A DNA stretch of 64,000 nucleotides, taken from Eledone cirrhosa. Its lineage: Eukaryota. Shown here one piece after another: positions 15,228-24,519 of the stretch. How positions within the stretch are numbered: position 1 is the stretch's first letter; the number at the start of each line of letters is the position of its first letter. Under the pieces are notes generated by a model. The model was not told the origin of the DNA. It searched no databases and saw only the letters and a list, made by a program, of their open reading frames with translations. The stretch is from positions 5,208,001-5,272,000 of the forward strand of contig OZ024757.1 of NCBI GenBank assembly GCA_964016885.1, in the 5' to 3' direction. A program made the translations under genes and the position numbers.

Positions 15228-17340
15228 TGTATATGTATTTATATAAATGAAAACATTCAGGATCACGGCGTCTTACCTTCGTGAATATACATTTACTACC
15301 AAGTTTTCTTTAATCATGATGACAGTTGTTATGCCTAAAATGTATGTTTACATACACACGAATATGGAGTGTGCACACAGAAACTCACACTCGCTCACGC
15401 ACACACAGTGCTCAAACACATCATTACACAAAACACACTGCAAAAGCCACCAACGGACAAACGCACACAGACAGTTACTCGATAATGTTATATACAAACC
15501 AATATACATATATGTATACAGCAACATACGCAAAATACCATCATGACTTCATTTATATATATATATACACACTATTTTATTCATCAGTTCCAGCATACAC
15601 AATATATAGTCTTCCATGTTTACAAATATATAATGTAATCTCGATTTGATATTAAGGTTAAAAAACGTGTTATAGTTTTCTGTACAGACAAATAGAAAAT
15701 GTGTTTGAAATACAATTTACGTTCTTTGGAGACAGCATTAGTAGGTATGCTTGGCGCAGAGACTAAGTTCTCTACAGGGGAAATAACTGGAAAAAATACG
15801 GAAGCAAATAATAGGAAAGCTACAAGGTTTTCTTGGCAAGAGTTTGTTGTCAATTTGAGGAAATGGTAGAATAACGTATCGTATTTTAAATTAGCTATAA
15901 CTCTTTAGTTATATCTGGGGCGTCTGGAATCGTAATACAAATATTACGGATTCCCACTGGTCCTAAAGAACAAATATATATGATGGTATAACCAAATATT
16001 TAGAGCATTGTCAGATCTAGGGGATACGTGTATGAGGAGTATGAACAACGAAGGTAGATCAGAAATAGTGAAGAAGTGTCGGAGGAAATTTTGTTAAATA
16101 TGAGAACACTGAATCTGTGAGATAATTCCATCTACCTCAATGTATCTAGTGCAACATTCATCTTCTCTTTTGAGCCAAATATAAAGAAAATAATAGTAAA
16201 CCTATATGTATATATAGGAATAATTGTTTTTATTTTGGCACAAGGCCAGCAATTACCCAGTAGATTACTGGAACTTTATTTTATCCACCCCGTTATAACT
16301 AAAATGTATTCTTACATACACACGCATACAGTGTGTGCACACAGAACATCACACTCACTTACGCACACACAGTACTCAAACACATCATTACACAAACTAC
16401 ACTGCAAAAGCCGCCAATGGACAAACGCACACAACCTGTTACTCGATAATGTTATATACAACCCAATATACATATATGTATACATTAACATACGCAAAAC
16501 ACCAGCATGACTTCATTTATATATATATACACACTATTTTATTCATCAGTTCCAGCATACACAATATATAGTCTTCCATGTTTACAAATATATAATGTAA
16601 TCTCGATTTGAGATTAATGTTGAAACACGTGTCATAGTTTTCTGTACAGACTAATAGAAAGTTTGGTTGAAATATAACTTACGTTCTTTGGAGACAGTAT
16701 CTGTTAGTTTGTCTGGCTGAGAGACAAGGTTCTCTACAGGAGACATAACTGGAAAAAAAATACGGAAGAAATTAATAGGAAAACTAGAAGGTTTTTTTGT
16801 GAAGAGTTTGTTGTTAATTTGAGGAAATGGTAGAATAAGTTGTTTTTTTAATCAATTCGAACCATTTCTTTGGTTTGTTCTGTCAATGTCATTCTTTCTT
16901 ATTCCACACATGTAAAACTTCCGAAAGGAGTAAAGTGTGGCTAGTCATATGTGAGGTGTCTGCTATTATGACACAAATATTGTACAGTTTCCTACTGGTC
17001 CGGAAGAACAGATATACTATTTCTCTACAGCAGTCTTAACTGGAATATGTAAGGATGAAAATAATAAGTAACCCTTTCTTTTACCCCCCTTTGAACGTCC
17101 CTAATTATAGAGGTCAATAAAATATTTATCCTGGATTATGATAGGGAGTTTTTAATATAAAAATGTGTTATTCTTGCCTGAATTAAGTTGTTTGAAATTT
17201 ACGGTTCAAAACTTAAATAAATTACTGAATAACTTAATATATAATGTTTAAATTAGACGTTTTAAAAGTATTTTAGGCATTATTGGTGCACTGAGAAGAG
17301 AATACAGTGGAACGGTCACCTGGAAAATATATTGAGAATA
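13200..17340. repeat. Diverged, partly deleted older copies of the same unit (degenerate array edge)
   Basis: Unit segments (…cttacatacacacgcatac…, …gagacag…ttctctacagg…, …atgaacaacgaagg…, …ggtcaataaaa-tttatcc-tgattat…) recur at ~13650-14880, ~15260-16180 and ~16290-17200 with increasing substitutions and indels. Confidence 0.9.
14910..15087 (-). mobile_element. tRNA-derived SINE (octopod-type) inside an old array unit
   Basis: Core ggcacaag-ccagcaattacccagt…ctgg-acttt-ttttatc…gaaaggcaaagttaacctcggcgg-atttgaactcag…ctctaccaatactgccaa. The reverse complement has A-box-like tggcagtattggtag and B-box-like gagttcaaat motifs. Confidence 0.85.
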
Positions 17341-17344
17341 TTAA

Positions 17345-17450
17345 ACCAGTCTGCTGATAAGCAAATCTGGCTAATCAGTGGATCTGCTAATATGCAGATT
17401 TGACTGATCAACCAGTCTGCTAATATGCAAATCAGGCCGATCAGTCACTG
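17345..17450. repeat. ~33-bp tandem repeat, 3 copies (tctgctaatatgcaaat…gatca)
   Basis: accagtctgctgataagcaaatctggctaatca / gtggatctgctaatatgcagatttgactgatca / accagtctgctaatatgcaaatcaggccgatca. Confidence 0.8.
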
Positions 17451-17482
17451 TGTATTTTTGAAAATAGCATATATTTTCACTA

Positions 17483-17583
17483 GCTCTGACAGTTTGGCAG
17501 GTGAACAGTAGGCTGTACTGATGAAGGGTGATACCTAGAAACATTAGTGTCTGCAGTTCTGTTCACATGCCAACACAAGAGCA
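17483..17583 (+). ncRNA. Type I hammerhead ribozyme
   Basis: CTGATGA at 17518-17524; stem II AGG-gtgata-CCT (plus one extra A); GAAA at 17538-17541; stem III ACA-ttag-TGT; GTC cleavage triplet at 17549-17551. Long stem I: ctgta/tgcag, gtgaacag/ctgttcac, ttggca/tgccaa, gctct/agagc. Confidence 0.8.
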
Positions 17584-17759
17584 AGAATGAAGGGTTCATT
17601 ATACTGACATGGCTATAAAATTGAGGCTTGTTTGTATAATTGCAATCAGCTTTCAAGTCTGTTGATTTGAATTCGGGTATTGAAACAAATATTGATATAG
17701 TTCGGGAGAGTTATGTTTGAAATGAAATCATATATACTAATTGAATATTCTGCTTGTGA

Positions 17760-17935
17760 CGCTAAACTCCGCCTGTTGCAGACTGCGCAGCAACCATTCC
17801 ATTGCTGTTTGATGATAGTTTGTGACAGAGATATACAAACTCCGTAACTTGAGCAATTGCTGGGTTTATTACTAGTTAAGTAACGAACTCCCGACCTCAT
17901 CAACAGAACCACTGAATGCAACTTTCACCTGTGAC
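17760..17935 (-). pseudogene. Small decayed LINE reverse-transcriptase fragment
   Basis: A minus-strand frame gives AIAQVTEFVYLCHKLSSNSNGMVAAQ, resembling the LINE RT motif xQVxEFxYLGxxxxxxG. Confidence 0.4.
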
Positions 17936-18996
17936 CTGACAAGTTGTGTGATATTTAGTATGTATGTACTATTCCTTCACCCATCTATTGACGTTGCTGT
18001 TACTGTGGAAAACTGTGAGGTTATGGTCCCCGTGAGTGATGTAGAATGCCCTGAGTGTCAATCAGGGTCCAGTGAATCCTCCCTAGACTCATTTGTGACA
18101 AAGAATATCTACACAATTATTATGTTTTGCCGTCTCTGTCCCACCAGTTTGTGATGTAGCAGACCACCACCCATTATTCCAATGACAAACAAGATGGAGC
18201 GCGTGGACCTGAGCTATAAAGACCCCCCGAAAACCATGATCAGACAAGGAAAATTGTCAGTATAAGAACAATATTGAGGGGCTAACATCGGTCAGCATCA
18301 CCCGTGATTTAGCCAATCTCCTTATTATATTGTTGGAAAGGGCACATAAAGAAAGAGTAGCCAATAACTATTTACCCCTAAATATGTACTCCCATTATGT
18401 AGAGATTATTTGTATAGTAGTATAGACATGCCGCTAAAGAAATCATCAAGGGACTAGAAATAAACGGTATGGAAATCATTCAGCAAATAAATACCCAACT
18501 CCATCCACTAGAGTATCAACATACACTGCCCAAACCACAGACTACCTGTCTTAGACACACAACTCTGTATTCTTCTTCTTTTCGTGTCCAAAAGAGTGCC
18601 AGTTATAAAGCTTGGCTAGATGTATTCTATTTTTATTGTCATTTTGACTTATTTATACTTTCTTAAACGAAAATCCCATTGCTGAATTCTAACAATAGTG
18701 AATACTCACTTCCACCATTATAGGCTTACTGATGAAGTGTGATAAATAATTAAGTATTGCATATGATTGAACAATATATATTGTAGTCAGCACATGTAGA
18801 CAATTATCTATATATATAAAACTGATGTTGTCTGTATGTCCTCATTTTTGCAAAGTCTATACAACTCCACATTTCTACTCCGATTGACTTCAAACTTGTT
18901 AAATTTTTTGTGTCTCTCCTTTGTTCTATCCTACACCATCTTGTTTTTGTATGTTGTGTGTTGTGTGCTCAGTTTGCGTATGCAATACATCCGTGT

Positions 18997-19038
<42 letters not shown>

Positions 19039-19184
19039 TTGTGTGTGTGTGTGTTTATTTATTATTTATGTTTATTTATTTGTCACTAGTTGGTTGTTTG
19101 TTCTATCTGTGTGTGTTTGTTTTGTTAGTTTGTTTTTTTTGTGTGTGTCTTTATGTCTTCATTTTGTCCTTAATTACTAGTTGT

Positions 19185-19760
19185 GATGTTGCTATTCCAC
19201 TCATGTTTTCTGTTTAATTTTGGGTGGAGTTCGTTTATATTCGTCGCCCCTGTGATTTGCCTGAGCATTGCATCTTTTCTGTGCGTGCATATCATTTTTA
19301 ATCTCTGTTCTCTAATGTGCCCCAATGTTCTATTTTGGCATGTTGGTGGAGTACTGATGAGTTTTTCCCATCCTGGAGTTCTCGCCAGTATTCACTTGCT
19401 CCTATGCTACGGAGTGTTTCACCTATGTATGTTATATTCTTATTCCTACACTGTCCGTCAGTACATCTTATGCTATATACTACGTTCCTAATTGTTGCAG
19501 TTGGTTTGCGGGCTTAGCTTGCAGACTTTGCATTTCCTATCAGCACAGGGGGTTCTTTGAAATGGGTGTGTTTTGCTAATTAGGGTTTTTATGGAATACC
19601 TGGTCTTTCAACTACCTTAATATTTGATTTGAGCTTATCTAGGGCCCTTCTAAATCTGTAAGCCAGTTCGCCTCTAGGGATTGTATTGACGAACATTACT
19701 TATTCCTAATCCTTTCTATTCTGTTCCAAAATTGCTCCTATACATGGGACAAGTTCCATA
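19185..19760 (-). mobile_element. Penelope-like element relic: linker plus GIY-YIG endonuclease C-terminus (frameshifted)
   Basis: Manual translation across frameshifts: …KVVERPG…PCADRKCKVCKL…NC-IRNVVYSIRCTDGQCRNKNITYIGETLRSIGA…SSVLHQHAKIEH…DAMLRQITGATNINELHPKLNRKHEW. This matches the VVY…YIGET…R and LNxKxEW pattern of PLE GIY-YIG domains. Confidence 0.8.
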
Positions 19761-20351
19761 TATATATATATATTAATAAAAACGATGAAGATTCGTGGCA
19801 TGTATTTAGTTTTTGTATTGTGTATCAACCTGCTACGCGCGTTTCGTAGCGGATTGGCTCAGGGTAACCCATAGAAGTTATGGATCCGACTCCATTATCG
19901 ATCTGCTCTTCTTACTGGCGATCCGACAAAAAATATCGTATATATATATATGTGTGTTGAAAGAGGGAGAAAAAGTAAAGGGGAGATTATATTATTTATT
20001 CAAGTGTGGGCCACATAAGCACTGATATAGAGTTACTGTCCTTTAGTTCAAACTTCATCCCCTTCTTTTTTCACTATGTGGGACGTTTCCCTCACCACAT
20101 CACATTGAATGATGTTATTTAAAGAGTGACAATTTTGCTGTTTTTTAGGCATAACTGGAACTGGTTGGTCTTAACCACGGTGATACTTAGTGTCGCGGAG
20201 GTGTAACTCCTTTTATCATTCAACGAGGGAAATGATTCCATGTTTTGTGACATACTCCAGCGCTAAAATTGTCACTTCAGCCAATGATCAAAATACAGCC
20301 ACTCACAAGGCAGAAGAGGAACAGAAAATGGATAAATTAACAAGATTTTTT

Positions 20352-20413
20352 TTACAATCTCTTCGCACTTCTGCGACTAGCATTTCCCTCCGTTGAGAGG
20401 AAGGGTATCATGC
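20352..20413 (-). CDS. Putative exon 2 (terminal) of a small orphan gene: (G)MIPFLSTEGNASRRSAKRL*
   Basis: Acceptor cttatttctcAG ends at 20414. Phase 1 matches the upstream donor (G|GC = Gly). The frame is open to TAA at 20354-20352. Confidence 0.5.
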
Positions 20414-20599
20414 CTGAGAAATAAGTCCGGAGAGATACATTGGCTTATACAGCTAATATTGCTAGTCTTCTGTTCTGTGGGGCGGCGTAAAACAGACAAG
20501 TTGTTTAGAAGTTGTGTACTTATATTTTGGAGAAATAAAATTATATCCTAGTGTGTTATTTACAATTTAACAAACTGGGTTTATTATAACGTACTTTAA

Positions 20600-20800
20600 G
20601 GGCGGTGGATTGGCAGTATTGGTAGAGTGTCGGACAGCATGCTTTGTGGCATATAGTTACAGCATTTTACGTTCTGAGTTCAAAACTTACCGAGATTAGC
20701 TTTGCCAGTAACATGTACGGGGTCAATAACATAAACTACTAGTAATACACTAGGGTAGATTTAATCGACTTTCCCTTCAAATTTCTGGCTTTGTGTAGAA
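20600..20800 (+). mobile_element. tRNA-derived SINE within the putative intron
   Basis: ggcggtggattggcagtattggtagagtgtcggac…ctgagttcaaa…ctttgcc…ttaatcgactttccc; same family as 57398-57580. Confidence 0.8.
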
Positions 20801-20815
20801 AGAATTATAACTTAC

Positions 20816-21041
20816 CAGGCTGCATATCGATTGTGTGCGATTCATTAACATTCGCTGTGGCTGTTGGAAACTCCACAGTCTGAGGTGCAGGATCGATAGG
20901 TGTTATATTATATTGTTCCTGCTTCTTTTGTCGTCGTCGGCGACGTCTTTCACGATAGCACGGGCAGACGGACTCAGCAAGCCGTCGGGCCCTTTCAGCA
21001 CATCTTCGGAGAAAGCCGCGGCGCTTTTTTGGCTCCGACAT
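20816..21041 (-). CDS. Putative exon 1 of an Arg/Cys-rich orphan protein (MSEPKKRRGFLRRCAERARRLAESVCPCYRERRRRRRQKKQEQ…MQP)
   Basis: GC- and CpG-rich non-repetitive ORF in an AT-rich context. ATG at 21041-21039; it ends exactly at a consensus donor CTG|GTAAGT (226 nt, phase 1). Confidence 0.65.
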
Positions 21042-21299
21042 TATCAAAAAAAATTAATAAAGAAACAAAAAGATAAAAACAAAACAAACAAACAGATAAA
21101 CACAAAAACAAATGAGATCAGTTATCAAACACTCAATCAATCAAACAAACAATCAGACAATGTAGATCAATTATCAGCAGTAATAAATTTCTGGATTGTT
21201 ATACAGAAGAATAATTTGTATAAAATACAAAATACACTTGTACACTTTCGAGAAAATATTTCATTAATGGCGGAAAATATTGATATAGTATGAATCTAT

Positions 21300-21469
21300 A
21301 GGTATACATACATATATATATATACATACACAAATACATACATACACACATATATACATACACACATACATACATACACACATATATATATACACACACT
21401 CACATTTATATATATATATACATGCACATACATGTATACATGCATAAACACACCCATACATACAGATAG

Positions 21470-21502
<33 letters not shown>

Positions 21503-21524
21503 GATATATATATATATTTGCCTC

Positions 21525-21615
<91 letters not shown>
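21300..21615. repeat. Compound (TA)/(CA)/(TG)/(TACA) microsatellite
   Basis: Direct inspection. Confidence 0.95.
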
Positions 21616-21617
<2 letters not shown>

Positions 21618-21643
21618 GACGTCATAATAGCAAATGACGTCAT
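21616..21643. promoter_or_regulatory. Two perfect CRE (CREB/ATF/CREM) palindromes ATGACGTCAT, 18 bp apart
   Basis: ATGACGTCAT at 21616-21625 and 21634-21643, within a short direct repeat atgacgtcat(a)atagcaa. About 600 bp upstream of the minus-strand ATG at 21041. Confidence 0.5.
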
Positions 21644-21702
21644 ATAGCAAATCGAGAAATCCGTGAAAATACATTCAAATAATTTAACGTCCTGGATTCG
21701 AA

Positions 21703-22167
21703 TGATGGTGGTGGTGGTGCTGGTGGTGGTGGTGGTGTTGGAGGTGGTGGTGCTGGTGCTGGTTGTGCTGGTGATGGTTGTGGTGGTGGTGGTGATGGTG
21801 GTGGTGGTGCTGGTGATGGTTTTGCTGGTGATGGTTGTGGTGGTGGTGGTGGTAATGGTGGTGGTGTTGGAGGTGGTGGTGCTGGTGGTGGTGGTAATGG
21901 TGGTGGTAATGGTGGTGGTGTTGGAGGTGGTGGTGGTGGTGGTAATGGTGGTGGTGGTGGTGGTGGTGGTAATGGTGGTGGTGTTGGAGGTGGTGGTGCT
22001 GGTGGTGGTGGTAATGGTGGTGGTGGTAATGGTGGTGGTGTTGGAGGTGGTGGTGTTGGGGGTGGGGGTGCTGGTGGTGGTGGTGGTGGTGGTGCTGGTG
22101 GTGGTGGTGCTGGTGATGGTTGTGGTGGTGATGGTTGTGGTGGTGGTGGTGCTGGTGGTGGTGGTGG

Positions 22168-22198
<31 letters not shown>

Positions 22199-22455
22199 GG
22201 TGGTGGTGCTGGTGATGGTTGTGGTGGTGATGGTTGTGGTGGTGGTGGTGCTGGTGGTGGTGGTGGTGCTGGTGATGGTGGTGGTGGTGATGGTTGTGGT
22301 GGTGCTGGTGGTGCTGGTGGTGGTGGTGCTGGTGGTGGTGGTGCTGGTGGTGGTGGTGCTGGTGGTGATGGTTGTGGTGGTGCTGGTGGTGCTGGTGGTG
22401 GTGGTGGTGGTGGTGGTGGTGGTGATGGTGGAGGTGGTGGTGGTGATGGTGCTGG
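21703..22455. repeat. Degenerate (GGT)n/(ACC)n trinucleotide expansion with higher-order sub-repeats
   Basis: ~750 bp of ggt with in-register gct/gat/aat/tgt variants. It produces the poly-Pro and poly-Val ORFs in the track. Confidence 0.95.
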
Positions 22456-22539
22456 AGAAAAAAATCTTATGTAGTTTTCTTCCAAATTAATTTCACCGCC
22501 TTCTCTTTCATCTTGTCTTCCTTCGCCTCCATATCTGGT

Positions 22540-24470
22540 GTAGGTGAGCTATGAGGTCTCAGTCATACCAACACTTTCCCTTCTACCCATGTGCAGCCAC
22601 TCACCCCTGATGCCGCTTGGTGTCCCAGTCCCCGGCTCCATGCCCCATCCTCCATCCCCAACAGTCGACATCTGCAGTACTTGCAGCACCACAAACAAAC
22701 GGAAGAGGGGCCGGAACTGTTCGGGGTGCGACTGCTTCCACCACCTCACCTGTGTTGGCTTGACGCGTCGAGCTTACAGTGCCCTCGCAGCGTGGAGATG
22801 CAGAATCTGTCTCTTCCCCTCGTCTGCCCAGCCACGGACGTCTGGTACTCCACCAGATGAGACAGCGAGCTTGTCTGATGTCCAAGCCTCGCTGGTGAAC
22901 ATCCGAGAGCGGCTTGAGTGCCGGTAGCCGATGCCCTCGCTTCCTCGATCGAGAGTGCTCTAGACTCCAATAGAGCCAGGGACTGGGAGCGCATCTTCTA
23001 TTTCGCCCCACTCACCCTCGGTCTCCTCAGCTCTGGCGCTGACCGAGGCGGCCTGTCGACAGCAGCCTTTGTCAAGGCCAATGTTTCGTCCTTTGGGCAA
23101 GCGCCCATTCAAACGTGCCAAAGGACTCCACAACCCCTGCTCTTGGGTGACTCCAATCCTCCACCCCCGAGGCCAGCGTCAAGCGTTTGCGTGAGAGCGT
23201 AAACGCTACATTTATCATGGGTGATGGCTCGGCTGCAGTCAGAGTGGTTTCCTCAGAGGACACTGTCCTCCATCCCACAAAAGAGGTCCTGGCTGCCCTG
23301 CGACTCAAGCACCCTGAGCATGCTCCTTGCTGCTGATACGGTTATACCTTCGGCCACTGGGGTCCAACAGGGCGACCCTTTGGGCCCCCTCCTGTTTGCC
23401 CTTGGTATAGACCACATTGCTCGGAGTATCACGGCCCCTCTCAACGTTTGGTTCCTGGATGATGCTATGCTGGGCGGGCCCGTGGAGACTGTCTGCCATG
23501 ACCTTCAATCGGTGGTTCCTCCCTGGCGCGAATCGGCCTCCAGGTCAACTTGTCCAAGTCGGAGTTGGTGATGTCACCCATGATGCTGAGAGCTTTGCAG
23601 CCACCCTCTCCATTCTCCACCAGGTACAGGTGACCCCCCAAAGAGGATGTCCTCATTCTCGGGTCACCGATTCACCCACCGGCCATCCTATCCACCACCA
23701 GGTCTAGGCTCCAACAACTCCAGACCCTCACGAGTCGACTGGGCTTGATCGACAGCCACCCAGCTCTCTTCCCGTTGAGGAACTGCTTCGCCATGCTGAA
23801 GCTCCTCTACACTCTTCGCAGCGCTCCATCAAGTCCCCCCAAATCATATGGGATGCCATCCAGTGCAATCTGGCCTCAGACAGGCTCACGCGCCAGCTCG
23901 ACCAGAACCGCCTTGCTTGTTTTCGCACGAGGTGCCTGGCTCCTTTCCTTGTCCTCCTTCTCAACTGGCACGCAGCTGGATAACGATAGCCTGCGCATCG
24001 GCGTTTCCTTGAGGCTTGGACTCCGAATCTGCGAGCCACATAAATGTCGCTGTACATCCACCGTAGACTCTTTCGGCCTCCATCCGCTTTCCTGTCGCCA
24101 CAGTGCCGGCCGCCTTCCACGCCATGCTGTCGTCAACGAGTTCATAAAGCATGGCTTGGACGATGCAGGCTACTCCTCCCAAGCTCGAACCGGTGGAGCT
24201 GAGGGGATGGCAAAAGGCCAGATTGAATGACTATCTTCCCGTTTCGCGGTGGCAAACCCCTCGTCTGAGATGCCACTTGCAGCGATACTTTCTCCAGTCA
24301 CTAACCCAGGTACTGCTGCACGTCGGGCTGAGGAGGCCAAACTCTCCAAGTACCGGTCGCTCTCCGATAGGTTCGTGGTCGTGCCTTTGGCAGGTGAGAC
24401 TTCTGGTGTTCTTGGCCCTAGGGCTACCTCCCTATTCACCACAATAGGCGCATCTCACTTACCATCCTCC
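22540..24470 (+). mobile_element. CRE-clade (RLE-type) non-LTR retrotransposon; internally deleted and frameshifted, with an N-terminal PHD finger
   Basis: CSTC…CSGCDCFHHLTC…WRCRIC (C4HC3 PHD). RT motifs GVQQGDPLGPLLF and WFLDD. C-terminal SLRLG, CRC…H…C, RH, KRPD…DAT…K..KY and ETSGVLG RLE motifs. Confidence 0.88.
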
Positions 24471-24519
24471 GGGGATGTTAAGCAAATGCAAATGTTTGTC
24501 CACAAATGCAAATGGTTGC

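Noticed and set aside
21640-22490. 281-aa poly-Pro (extensin/formin-like) and 275-aa poly-Val ORFs
   Set aside because: Both are translations of a (GGT)n repeat with non-ATG starts and no flanking domain or evident splice sites.
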